This document shows, in pieces, positions 9,886 through 18,577 of a stretch of DNA of 64,000 nucleotides (position 1 is its first letter; the number at the start of each line of letters is the position of its first letter). The stretch is from Synechococcaceae cyanobacterium (lineage in GTDB: Bacteria > Cyanobacteriota > Cyanobacteriia > PCC-6307 > Cyanobiaceae): the NCBI GenBank assembly GCA_947378425.1, contig CANCJV010000013.1, positions 2,826 through 66,825 on the forward strand, written 5' to 3'. The notes below the pieces were generated by a model. It saw nothing but the letters and a program-made list of their open reading frames with translations. It had not been told where the DNA came from and ran no database searches. The position numbers and the translations under genes are program-made.

Positions 9886-10149
9886 ATGCGTTCCCTGATT
9901 CCCCAACTGCTGCGGGCCGCCGCTCTACTCACCGCCGCTGGCCTGAGCACTGCCTTGGTCACCCAACCTGCCCAGGCCCAGCGTGTGGTGCCAAAGCTCG
10001 GCAACATCTGCCCCCTCGGCTACGTGGACACATTGAACGGCAAGTGCACCACCCTGGGGCTGGCCAACTACACGGTGCAACCCACTAATGGCAAAGCTTG
10101 TCCAGAGGGGTGGATGAATGTGGGCGGTGGCTATTGCCGTAAGAAATAG
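9886..10149 (+). CDS. Small secreted cysteine-containing protein
   Basis: The signal peptide MRSLIPQLLRAAALLTAAGLSTALVTQPAQA is followed by a mature part of about 56 aa with 4 Cys. Confidence 0.5.
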   Translation: MRSLIPQLLRAAALLTAAGLSTALVTQPAQAQRVVPKLGNICPLGYVDTLNGKCTTLGLANYTVQPTNGKACPEGWMNVGGGYCRKK

Positions 10150-10193
10150 TTGATTACTTGAGAGAGCAGCTCTGTCCAAAGCATCAGCTGATC

Positions 10194-10328
10194 ATGAAGG
10201 TGGATCAGATCTGGGCGACTTACATCCCCTATATCCCGCTCCAGAAAGGCTTCCTGTACCTTGTGGCAGTGGTGGATCCCTTCTCCAGAAACGTTCGCAG
10301 TTGGAAGCTCTCAAATACAACCCCCTAA
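10194..10328 (+). pseudogene. IS3-family transposase (rve integrase core) fragment
   Basis: The 44-codon remnant MKVDQIWATYIPYIPLQKGFLYLVAVVDPFSRNVRSWKLSNT matches the conserved D..W..DIT...gflYL..v.D.fSR region of IS3/IS150 OrfB. There is no upstream or downstream continuation. Confidence 0.7.
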
Positions 10329-10538
10329 CTCGGTCCCAGAATAGTCGCAGATGATAGCTCGCTTCAATGATACCAATTGCTTGAAATCGATTGTAAGACA
10401 GTTGATTTCGGCGAATCCACTGCACCAAGATCAATTCAATGTGATCTCAGCTTGATTCCGTACTGAGTTCCTTTAGCGGCGGAAATCCTCGATTTCCGTT
10501 AGGTGATCTATGCACAACAGGCTCCTATCAGAAACGTC

Positions 10539-11123
10539 CTAGATTAGGTCTATTGTCTGAGTCTTCGCCTCTCGCACAGCAGACTGAGTTGCACGCAGAT
10601 CGCTCTCGAAACCTTGTATGATGTGCTTCGCGTACCGAGAGCGTTCATTCTTGTCTGATGCCGAATCCTGAATCTGCGTAGCAATTCGATCGAGTTCAGC
10701 AACCAGTTCGTCGTACGACTGGAAGATAGCGCCATTGAAATTGCCGAATTTGTGGAGATACTGCCGAACGTCGTTAATATGGCGGTAGTCTATAGAATAC
10801 TTTAGAGGGTCAAGGTTGCTGCTGAGCTGCGTCAAGAGCTGATCTACCTGACCACAAAGTTGGTCAGGTTTGAAGTTTGCACGGGCCACGGCATCGGCCG
10901 CAAATACACGTAATTCAGCGGCTAGAGTCGTTGGATCGGAGAAAGCATTTTTAATTGGCACGAGCCGAATGAGTACGGCATCATATGCAGCCTCGCAATT
11001 TGTACATATGGTCTGAAGGTCAGCGATTAAACTTTTTCTCGTGGGTTCCTGGATTCCCGCACCGAATTTCACCACGTCGGCGCACGTCTTCACAGCTTGC
11101 TTCAGTGCATTCAAGACTTCCAT
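10539..11123 (-). CDS. Hypothetical all-helical protein (AT-rich cassette)
   Basis: 194-aa ORF in a clearly AT-rich segment. No motif recognised. Confidence 0.55.
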   Translation of the reverse strand: MEVLNALKQAVKTCADVVKFGAGIQEPTRKSLIADLQTICTNCEAAYDAVLIRLVPIKNAFSDPTTLAAELRVFAADAVARANFKPDQLCGQVDQLLTQLSSNLDPLKYSIDYRHINDVRQYLHKFGNFNGAIFQSYDELVAELDRIATQIQDSASDKNERSRYAKHIIQGFESDLRATQSAVREAKTQTIDLI

Positions 11124-11295
11124 AAAACGAGCCTATCTTGGGAGTGAAGAGTCGGTGATGTCTAACATTCGCCATCGCCAAGCCGAAATGTGTACTGGCG
11201 AGAGCCCGTTTCAAGACACTGTGAGTGGATGGTGGCAGATTAAGTGGACTGCAGTGTGAGATTCTCCAACAGAATTAAGAAATTGCCTTGTTCCT

Positions 11296-11634
11296 CTACT
11301 CTAGCTTGCGACGCAACAACAATGCCATGGCTCTCTTAGCCCTTTCTACGAACTCATCCTCCGTCTCACACTTTAAAGGCGCACCGATATCATCACTTAG
11401 TTCAGATATGAACTCCTCGCTATGAGTAAGAGATGCTACCTTCTCTGCAAACTCCTCACGCGAGGCTTCAGGAAATGGGAAACCTGTCGAAAGCACTTTT
11501 CCAACGAGACTCTCTGATATTAGCGCAGCCCCAATTGAAAAGGACTGGAGCTTTGGTGGAAGTGCTCTGTCTGGATTGTCATCCGAGTTAAAGAAGTCCT
11601 TGAAGCTCTCTTCACTGCTCATGCGTTTGTCCAT
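11296..11634 (-). CDS. Hypothetical acidic protein (AT-rich cassette)
   Basis: The ORF has a GTG at 11679 and its first ATG (MDKRMSSEE) at 11634. The product is Glu/Asp-rich. Confidence 0.45.
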   Translation of the reverse strand: MDKRMSSEESFKDFFNSDDNPDRALPPKLQSFSIGAALISESLVGKVLSTGFPFPEASREEFAEKVASLTHSEEFISELSDDIGAPLKCETEDEFVERAKRAMALLLRRKLE

Positions 11635-12338
11635 TTGCGATACCAGCGATAGTAAGCGCGAAAGGTAGCGTCGAAGCACTCAATTAAGAGATCGATTATC
11701 TTATCCTTGGTGGGTTGAGGGATATCTCTCCATAGCCCAAGAAGCCATTCAATGAACTTCCATATTTGGCCGAACATCCTTCTTCGACATATTGCTCATT
11801 ATACACACCACAGACGAAGACTGCAAAGTCAGCGCTTCTAATGCTCAAGATCAGCGGCATTCAGCAGCTATATGCATCTAACGGGTATGCTTGGGCCACC
11901 GCTCGCTATATCTTGGAGTTTATCCATGCTGTTACGTTGCAGATCAATAACTAGATCACAGCGTCCCTGAGAGCACCGATATGGCGCGCGTATCGCGACG
12001 CTGCTCTCCGGCTAAGCAAATATTGCTGATACAACGAAGTGGGAGAATCAAGCTTGGGCCAAGGAGTGTTCATGAGTCAGTTCTCGACCCGTGAGATGAG
12101 TCTTTAGCTGGATACTCTCGAGGCTAATCTACCGTGATATGCCACGAGTGCAAGAGGTAGAAAGTACAGACAATATCGGTATTAATTCGCAGGCCTGCCA
12201 CTATGTCGACCGCCAATTATCAAGCGAACCAAAGGTCAGTCGGTCTTATCTGCATTGGGACAGGGCCAGTTGATGGCTTCAATGGTCTTGTCCAACACAA
12301 GACGAAGTTGCAGCTTGAATGGGATCTACCCTTGTTTG

Positions 12339-13157
12339 TTAAGAATTACTGAAACAAGAAACCAGCTCTTCAATTGACAAAACAGGTTTGCGTCGGTGGA
12401 GCATTCGGTGGCAGTTTGCACATACGGGTCTGAGATCTCGAGTGGGATCAATCAGATGGGATCCGGCTTCTTCTGCTACTGGTCGCAGGTGGTGTACTTC
12501 AATATACTCAGAACCTAGTTCGCCATACTTGTTCTCAAAGGAGAAGCCACAAGCGGCGCACTTATACCCGTAATGAGCAATGCACGCCTCCCGCGCTCTA
12601 GAACATCTGTCATAGGTACGAATTGTTATCTCCTTACTGCCACCCTCAGGAAACAGCTCGCTCCCTGTAAAGGCGAACGAGTCCGCAGCCGCCTTAAAGC
12701 CAGTTAGCTTTTGAAATATCTTCTGCCCAACGTCAACAGGTACCGAAACACCGGATTGCCGGGGAGTCCAATTAACATTTTGAAATCTGTCAGTCAGCTC
12801 ATCGTAAGATATCAGTGGGCGATCATTAAGAGCCTTGAAAATGACATTTGTCGAAAGCACGCTTTTACCATCTAAGCGTTTCTTCTCATCCCAATGCTCG
12901 ATTAGCTCTGGGGTTCCCAATATATAGCCGCATCCCACAAGGCCCTTCCCAATGCCCGACGGATCTCCTCCGAGCTTCATGAGCAAAAACAAGTCACCAG
13001 GTCGTGGCTTCTTGGTGCTTCCGCAACTCCACTGACATATGAAGTTCTCCCCAGAGCTAACTAAGCTAATGCCATAGGCAAGGTCAACCCACTTCCATCT
13101 CGAAGGATTCCATAGATAGATGTAGACGTTCACAGAAGAATAAACACAATGATGCAA
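12339..13157 (-). CDS. HNH endonuclease with an N-terminal PUA-like (EVE/ASCH-like) domain; candidate modification-dependent restriction nuclease
   Basis: The C-terminus carries the HNH motif CAACGF...IEVHHLRPV...NLRPVCANCHRMLH. The N-terminus reads LWNPSRWKW...RPGDLFLL...GIGKGLVGCGYI, the pattern of PUA-like reader folds. An alternative GTG start lies at 13133. Confidence 0.7.
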   Translation of the reverse strand: MHHCVYSSVNVYIYLWNPSRWKWVDLAYGISLVSSGENFICQWSCGSTKKPRPGDLFLLMKLGGDPSGIGKGLVGCGYILGTPELIEHWDEKKRLDGKSVLSTNVIFKALNDRPLISYDELTDRFQNVNWTPRQSGVSVPVDVGQKIFQKLTGFKAAADSFAFTGSELFPEGGSKEITIRTYDRCSRAREACIAHYGYKCAACGFSFENKYGELGSEYIEVHHLRPVAEEAGSHLIDPTRDLRPVCANCHRMLHRRKPVLSIEELVSCFSNS

Positions 13158-13248
13158 ACCAGTCTAAGCAGTTCTTTCACCGGCAAACGAACAACGCTGA
13201 TTGGGCGTGCCTGCATTGCATCCCATCCTGTGCTGCGATCAGCAGCAT

Positions 13249-13323
13249 AAGTGTGCTAGACCCTAAGGGCAAGACTACCGAACCCCTGTGATGGCAGAGA
13301 TATTGGATGGATGCTTTTAGAAC
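13249..13323 (-). repeat. Conserved leader-like repeat, copy 1 (upstream of the HNH gene)
   Basis: The core gaccctaagggcaagactaccgaacccctgtga (13259-13291) matches 14299-14331 at 29 of 33 positions. A second shared block is attggatggatgcttttagaac. Confidence 0.75.
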
Positions 13324-13615
13324 CCTGAATTAATGAGTGTTAAAATAGTATGTGTTTCGTGTTACTCAACGCCGACTCGACTGACGCGACCAAGACGTCT
13401 TCTAGATCTGGATATTAGGCGATAAAGACAACATGTGCTCTGCTGTATTGCTTACGGGTTCCTCAAAAAGCCTAGCCGACTACACATGAAAATCTCATCA
13501 GGAAATTACGGGGAACTGGGTTCGCAACCATCGGCTCGCTTAGTAAACACTTAACATCTCATCAACTGGCACCGAGTAGCACTTGCAAGACTTCCAGTCT
13601 AGAGCCCAACGAAAT

Positions 13616-14272
13616 TTATTTGCTTGATCTTGGTTCTTTAAATTCAAAGAAGCCCACAATATCTTCGGACTCCTTGTAGGCTCGAAGCAAGCCCTCAGAA
13701 TCCATGGAGCCATTATATTCATACTCAAGAATAGCTTGCTCTAAATTGCGGAAGGCGCGCCAGATATCTGCTGACTTGCCTTGCAGGTTAAAGGCAGCGA
13801 TCAAGCCAGAACTACAAGCAGCCACTAGAATAATGACCTTGAGCCATCCACTTTTTTGAAGTTGATCTGCGTACGTTACAGCAGCAAGCGCACAAATTAC
13901 TGACAACATCCCTAGGATTACGAATATACTCATTAATGCTGCCGACCAAAAGCGATAACCGCGAAGGCGCTCTCTAATCCTAGGATGAATGGCTTTGGTC
14001 ATGCTTGCATCAAGCAAGCTTCCAGCCTCTAGTTGCCTGGAGCCTTGGCTCTGAACTCTGATTGTAATTGATGCCAAAACAAAACAAATTAGGCCAATGC
14101 TGCCCAGGATGCACGTCAAGCCGTACAATGGGAGCTTCCATACATTTAACTCTTGAACAATATTCCAATAAACATTAATCACAAAAGGCAATACAGCTAC
14201 GCTACCGAGGATGAACCAAGCGGAACAGCCAGCTCTAACAAAAAACCTTGCGGTTGGGAATTTATTAATCAT
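13616..14272 (-). CDS. Four-TM membrane protein with a SLATT-like C-terminal half (candidate membrane-disrupting effector)
   Basis: Four hydrophobic helices. The last two are followed by an amphipathic helix (KSADIWRAFRNLEQAILEYEY), which resembles the SLATT 2TM + helix layout. This is pattern recognition only. Confidence 0.55.
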   Translation of the reverse strand: MINKFPTARFFVRAGCSAWFILGSVAVLPFVINVYWNIVQELNVWKLPLYGLTCILGSIGLICFVLASITIRVQSQGSRQLEAGSLLDASMTKAIHPRIRERLRGYRFWSAALMSIFVILGMLSVICALAAVTYADQLQKSGWLKVIILVAACSSGLIAAFNLQGKSADIWRAFRNLEQAILEYEYNGSMDSEGLLRAYKESEDIVGFFEFKEPRSSK

Positions 14273-14290
14273 ATAAGTCTGAATCCTGTA

Positions 14291-14370
14291 AAGTGTTGGA
14301 CCCTAATGGCAACGCTATCGAACCCCTGTGACGCGGACGACATGAGTTATTGGGTGGACGGTTTCAGAAC
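14291..14370 (-). repeat. Conserved leader-like repeat, copy 2 (19 nt upstream of the membrane-protein start)
   Basis: It contains gaccctaatggcaacgctatcgaacccctgtga and attgggtggacggtttcagaac. See copy 1. Confidence 0.75.
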
Positions 14371-14500
14371 TCGACGTCTTATGCGAGTCCGTATTTCGCT
14401 GCTATGAGCAAGCCGGCGTGAGCCGAATGGGTACACAAGAATCATTCGGTGGCAGCTAAGGCGCAAGACATGGCTGGGCTGCGTCGCTACTTGGGTGGCC

Positions 14501-14962
14501 TCACACATCATTTGATCCTGTGCTGGGGGCGTGCCTCAGAAAACCGACGACGAGCAACGACCACGCGACGATCAGCCCCAATCCAGCGCCGATGTGCGTG
14601 AGTTTGACTAACAGTTCTTGCCATGGTTCGCCACCAGTGGCACCTGCCTGATTTGCGGCAATAGACAACATTTGCGTCGTTCCCCACCAAGAATTGGCTG
14701 CCTCGGAGATCGCCATGGTCCATGTCAACCAAGCCGCTACGACCATCACCCAGACGGACTTGAGACCGACACTGTGCGGGAGCGCCAGCAGCGCAGTCGC
14801 CAAGACGATGAACAGCATGCCGTTTGTTACGAACTGGATGTGAGCGCCGAGGGCGAGCCTTGGGTACGGAGTACCGGGGACGACAAGGCCCCACACCAAT
14901 CCGACCAGCACGAGCAGCATGCCGTGGATCAAAACCTGCCAACTGCCGCTACGAACGTTCAT
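14501..14962 (-). CDS. Integral membrane protein (4 TM), function unknown
   Basis: From the internal ATG the product reads MNVRSGSWQVLIHGMLLVLVGLVWG... and is hydrophobic throughout. Overlapping same-region ORFs in other frames are rejected. Confidence 0.55.
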   Translation of the reverse strand: MNVRSGSWQVLIHGMLLVLVGLVWGLVVPGTPYPRLALGAHIQFVTNGMLFIVLATALLALPHSVGLKSVWVMVVAAWLTWTMAISEAANSWWGTTQMLSIAANQAGATGGEPWQELLVKLTHIGAGLGLIVAWSLLVVGFLRHAPSTGSNDV

Positions 14963-15482
14963 CAGTGTTGGCCTCTTTGTGTCTGGGGCTTCGCCGAGGG
15001 CGCCCAGCAATCATGCACAGGAACAATCTTATTCGAAGTTGAACAAGCCTACAGCTCTGGAGCTCAGGGCTCTACTGCAGGAAGACTCGTTCATTTGTCA
15101 GATTGGCTTCACCTTTACCATGGTTAGAAATACCTGAACCCTTAACCCACTGCCATTGATGATCTACTGCCTATGAAGCAGACGGGTACTACAGCGAAAC
15201 TGAAAGGCTAGTTTTCCATTTTAAAAAAGCCTGTGCTCACACTTGCTGCATTGGAACACCACCCTGCTGTCAACAGCGCCGCATCATCTGCAGTGCCTCA
15301 TCCTCAATTTTCTGTAGTTGCTCAAGACTGATCTGTGACTTGTTGGCGTGGATCTACACGGCGCTTCGACAAGGGGGTGCTGCAGATCTGCGCACTTGAC
15401 CTCCGCAACGTTCCTTGGTGTCAGAGGTGACACCGGCGCAACCGGCACACCGTCCAGGATCGTCCTAAACGACGATCGAGTG

Positions 15483-15758
15483 ATGGCATCCCCGAGCGCG
15501 GAACTGCTTTTTTCTCGCAACCCTGGGACAAGGGGCTACAGGCTCACTGACGCCGTCCTTCAGCCCCATCCGCACCTTGACGGCATCTACGACTCGATTG
15601 AGGAAGCCATTCGTGATGCCATTGACTGGCTGGAAGACCTCGAGCCCGAAGCCGGACAGGCGTCCATCGGACTGGAAGTGAGCACCAACAACGGTGACTG
15701 GCGCACCATCCGCCAACCGACGCAGCTCCTCTGCCCATTGCCGCTGGCAATCTCGTAG
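15483..15758 (+). CDS. Small hypothetical protein
   Basis: The internal ATG gives MASPSAELLF...; the acidic region IYDSIEEAIRDAIDWLEDLEPE looks protein-like. Confidence 0.35.
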   Translation: MASPSAELLFSRNPGTRGYRLTDAVLQPHPHLDGIYDSIEEAIRDAIDWLEDLEPEAGQASIGLEVSTNNGDWRTIRQPTQLLCPLPLAIS

Positions 15759-15779
15759 CACCTGGGCCGTGTGTGTCAA

Positions 15780-17054
15780 TCACGCCACCAACGCCGCATT
15801 CGCCCGTTCGAATGCCGCAGCCGCGCCTGAACTGCTCGCCCAAGGATAGGAGCGGCAGTGAACCTCAAAACTGTGACCCATGCTCAATGCCACCGAGCCC
15901 GCATCAATCCCCCTGACATGCCCTCTGAGGCTGTAGCTGTGACGGAAGCTGTAGGGCACTGCCCGCTCATCCATCTCAGCCATCAATGCCTTGAGGCTTT
16001 GCCAACCATGCTGACGATTCAAGTAGGTGGCAATCGCGTCCCCGGCACCATTGCCACTGGCGAGTGGTGGGAGCTTGATCAGTCCGGCTTGCCAACGCTC
16101 TATCAACTTCCAGTCCTGGACAAGCCCATCGCAGTCAACAAGAGGCAAAGGATGCACCTGCCGAGGCTGGGTGTCACCGCCACCACTGCGCTTCCGGTAG
16201 CTACACCACCAGTAAGGCTGACTTGTGCCGGGATCAATCTTCACCGTCAGGTGGAGAAGTTCGATCGGTCGTAATCCGAGCTCGGCAAGCAACCGGACGA
16301 CATCAGCCCAACGCCCTCCCACTGGATCGCTCGGCAGCGTCGCCAGCAGGTTGATGATCTCCAGATCGGCGATTGGGTCGCCTTTGAGGCTGACCGATCC
16401 ATGTGCTGCCTTGGCTCCCACATGTGACTTGACATCAGTGGGTGGCTGCCAGAGCAGGGGAAATTGTTCTCGTGTGACGCAGTAACGGAGGAACTGCGCC
16501 AGTGACTGCGCTTTGATTTGCCGTGCTCGACTTCCTGGTTGCCATTTTCTGATCACCTGATCAAGCAGATCAGCTGGATTCGATGGTGATTTGCGTCCCG
16601 TCAGCAGAGCCACCGCATCGGCAAGCACTGGTTCATAGGAGTGTTCCCATGTTCCTTGCTTGATGGTTCGGCCATGTTCCAGCTTCTGGACTTTGAAGCG
16701 CTGCACCGCCCCTTCCCAGTCCATTGTCGGTTTGGGCGCTTTGCCCTCGGCGATCTCAGCAGCGCCCCTGAGGCTATGGCCATCACACACGAGGACGTAG
16801 AGGTTCCGCACCCTGGTGAGCACGTCTCCTACCGAGGCCTTGGCCCAGTCAAAGGGGAGCATCACCGTTTGCTTGGGGAGCCCTGGTTGGCGCACCTCCA
16901 CACGCACCCTTCCGCGATGCTCACAAACGTTCCACCCCTCTGCCGTGCTGGTTCGGGTCGAGGTTCTGAGGGCTACTGCCCATGGCTCAACATGACGCAA
17001 GGCAGGCATGACGAGGTTTGCGCCGGTTCCCACGTGTGGGCAAGATGTGGGCAA
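15780..17054 (-). CDS. int: Tyrosine recombinase / phage-type integrase
   Basis: The catalytic signature is present: LGLRPIELLHL (Arg), YSFRHSY (HxxR) and MGHS...HCRSY (His...Tyr). An alternative ATG start lies at 17009. Confidence 0.88.
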   Translation of the reverse strand: MPTSCPHVGTGANLVMPALRHVEPWAVALRTSTRTSTAEGWNVCEHRGRVRVEVRQPGLPKQTVMLPFDWAKASVGDVLTRVRNLYVLVCDGHSLRGAAEIAEGKAPKPTMDWEGAVQRFKVQKLEHGRTIKQGTWEHSYEPVLADAVALLTGRKSPSNPADLLDQVIRKWQPGSRARQIKAQSLAQFLRYCVTREQFPLLWQPPTDVKSHVGAKAAHGSVSLKGDPIADLEIINLLATLPSDPVGGRWADVVRLLAELGLRPIELLHLTVKIDPGTSQPYWWCSYRKRSGGGDTQPRQVHPLPLVDCDGLVQDWKLIERWQAGLIKLPPLASGNGAGDAIATYLNRQHGWQSLKALMAEMDERAVPYSFRHSYSLRGHVRGIDAGSVALSMGHSFEVHCRSYPWASSSGAAAAFERANAALVA

Positions 17055-17070
17055 GGATAGCCGAAAACGA

Positions 17071-17088
17071 CCGGACAGGTCCGGACAG
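17071..17088 (+). repeat. Tandem CCGGACAG x2 between the integrase start and the att core
   Basis: The sequence is ccggacag gt ccggacag. It is a possible protein-binding site. Confidence 0.3.
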
Positions 17089-17142
17089 ACCCCACCAGAC
17101 CCTTTGCAAACACTCGAAAAGCCTTTCCGCCACTACAGCTCC

Positions 17143-17191
17143 TGAGCGCTTTGGGAGCACTAGGTCGCAGGTTCGAATCCTGTCGCCCCGA
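17143..17191 (+). other. Attachment-site core: 3' ~49 nt of a tRNA-Pro(UGG) gene (partial, not a functional tRNA)
   Basis: Present are the anticodon loop tttggga (UGG with U33/G37), a variable loop, the T-arm gcagg-ttcgaat-cctgt, the acceptor 3' strand cgccccg and discriminator a. No complementary cggggcg or D-arm lies upstream. Confidence 0.75.
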
Positions 17192-17254
17192 TTCCAGTTA
17201 TAGCAAGGGTTCTCGGCGACGCCGGGGACCTTCTTTTTTGGCCAAAAAGGGCCA

Positions 17255-17334
17255 ATGTACGGAAAATGTACGAATGACAGGCTCCGAGGATGGTCCCCGG
17301 GGGCCTGTTTGGGTGGTTGTACGAGCGATGTACG
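17255..17334 (+). repeat. Four direct copies of (A/T)TGTACG(A/G): candidate integrase/Xis arm-type binding sites
   Basis: The copies start at 17255, 17266, 17317 and 17328, as two pairs with 11-nt spacing. They lie immediately right of the att core and left of the xis-like gene. Confidence 0.5.
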
Positions 17335-17455
17335 AACGGTGCCTCAGCGCCAGGGAGCGAGTGCTTCATTCAGGCCCTCCCCAGCGTCGGCGACCACAAA
17401 ACGCCCCTCCCTCCGCCGAGGCAGGAGGAAGGGGCGTTGGAGCTGGCAGCCGATC

Positions 17456-17716
17456 TCAGTCCGTTTCGAGCAAGTGGGGTGAGCGAGCAGTCGCTTCGCT
17501 CATCGCCTCGTTGCATCGCTCTAGGTGATAGAGCACTGGTGAATTGGCGGAAGGGAACTTGCGGCGCCAATGGATCCCAGGCTTGAACAGGCCGGCCTTG
17601 CGCCATCGGCACAGCGTTCTCTCGCTGACCTTGAGGGTGATCCCAAGGGCACGAGCATCGAGCCATTCCCCCACCGGCACAGGTTCCACCACTGGGTTGC
17701 CCCTCGGCAATCTCAT
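17456..17716 (-). CDS. Excisionase-like / DNA-binding HTH protein
   Basis: 86 aa. The segment WLDARALGITLKVSERTLCRWRKAGLFKPGIHWRRKF...VLYHLERC resembles Xis/AlpA-type winged HTH proteins. The gene is adjacent to the att core. Confidence 0.6.
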   Translation of the reverse strand: MRLPRGNPVVEPVPVGEWLDARALGITLKVSERTLCRWRKAGLFKPGIHWRRKFPSANSPVLYHLERCNEAMSEATARSPHLLETD

Positions 17717-17831
17717 GATTCCCCCCGCCGCATTTCAGGGCTGAAATCCAGCTGTTCGCCGGGATCCGCTCTGGTGATCCAGGCCCATGGACGGCCAAGG
17801 CAAGGTCTGGGGTTGGTGGTCCGCTCGTCCA

Positions 17832-18299
17832 TCAGCCCAGCTCCCGCACCACATCAACAACGGCGGGGTCCCAGAGAATCTGGTAACTGCTGTGAGTGCC
17901 GCGGCAATACGGCAGTGCCTCGCCCCTTGGCCGGACGGTATCGGTGAGCTCCCATTCGCCACGCTGGTTGCTGATCTGCAGCCCGCAGGCGGCGAGGTGC
18001 AGGATCGTGTCCTTGGCCTTCATCCCCCTGGCTGCCGGCTTGCGGCTGCCCAGCACCAGGTTGTGGTGACCCGGCTCGTTGATGGTGGTCATGGACTGCT
18101 CGCCGCCAGGGGTGTCAGTTGAAATGACACCCTTCTCGTCTTCATCCAGGCGGCTCATGGCCTGACGGGGATGACCGATGCCCAGCACGCTGCAGACATC
18201 GGCGCCGACAAACCAGGGGGCGCTCTGCTCGTCGGTGAAGACACGGATCTGGCTGCCTTCGAAGTCAAAGGGAACCAGGGACGATTCGTTGCTGCTCAT
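17832..18299 (-). CDS. BRO-N domain protein (phage antirepressor-like)
   Basis: The internal ATG gives MSSNESSLVPFDFEGSQIRVFTDEQSAPWFVGADVCSVLGI...TINEPGHHNLVLGSRKPAA, the canonical Bro-N pattern. The longer 316-aa ORF extension is rejected. Confidence 0.8.
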   Translation of the reverse strand: MSSNESSLVPFDFEGSQIRVFTDEQSAPWFVGADVCSVLGIGHPRQAMSRLDEDEKGVISTDTPGGEQSMTTINEPGHHNLVLGSRKPAARGMKAKDTILHLAACGLQISNQRGEWELTDTVRPRGEALPYCRGTHSSYQILWDPAVVDVVRELG

Positions 18300-18577
18300 C
18301 GGATCGGACGCGGTGTGACAGGGATGGATCCGGCCGCGGCGGTGATCAAGGTGCGAGAGGGTGCTGGGGCCGGTGACAGTCGCGACGGCACCGGACCGGC
18401 GATCACCAGCAGGACCGTGCTCAGTTGCAGGAACACCACCAGCCAGAGCAGCCACAGGAGTTGCTGCAGGGTGCTCACCCGCACGGTGGTGGTGATCGGC
18501 CGGCGCGTGCGGCAGAAGGCCGGCAGCTGGGGACTCTTTCCCCTGTCGCCGAGGCGGACATTGGTGTGATGGGTCAT
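18296..18577 (-). CDS. Small single-pass membrane protein
   Basis: The 93-aa ORF exactly fills the SSB-BRO gap, with ATGA overlaps at both ends that suggest translational coupling. It has a hydrophobic helix LLWLLWLVVFLQLSTVLLVIAG. Confidence 0.55.
   Translation of the reverse strand: MTHHTNVRLGDRGKSPQLPAFCRTRRPITTTVRVSTLQQLLWLLWLVVFLQLSTVLLVIAGPVPSRLSPAPAPSRTLITAAAGSIPVTPRPIR

Larger units (their letters stand above)
1..17191. mobile_element. Lower-G+C defence/genomic island ending at a tRNA-Pro 3' fragment; the left boundary lies outside the window
   Basis: Composition is visibly more AT-rich than the sequence after 17.2 kb (not computed). Cargo is R-M, Mrr and an HNH nuclease. An IS remnant lies inside, and a tyrosine integrase sits at the right end next to a partial tRNA. 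Confidence 0.6.

Noticed and set aside
13249-14370. Integron attC sites as an explanation for the shared inter-cassette element
   Set aside because: I could not find R''/L''-L'/R' inverted-repeat symmetry or a GTTRRRY core. No intI gene lies nearby, and the element sits upstream of the ORFs rather than downstream.
17119-17191. Possible full-length tRNA-Pro gene next to the integrase
   Set aside because: Only the anticodon arm (with one mismatch), the variable loop, the T-arm and the 3' acceptor strand are present. The upstream sequence has no cggggcg 5' acceptor strand or D-arm, so it is an att-type fragment.
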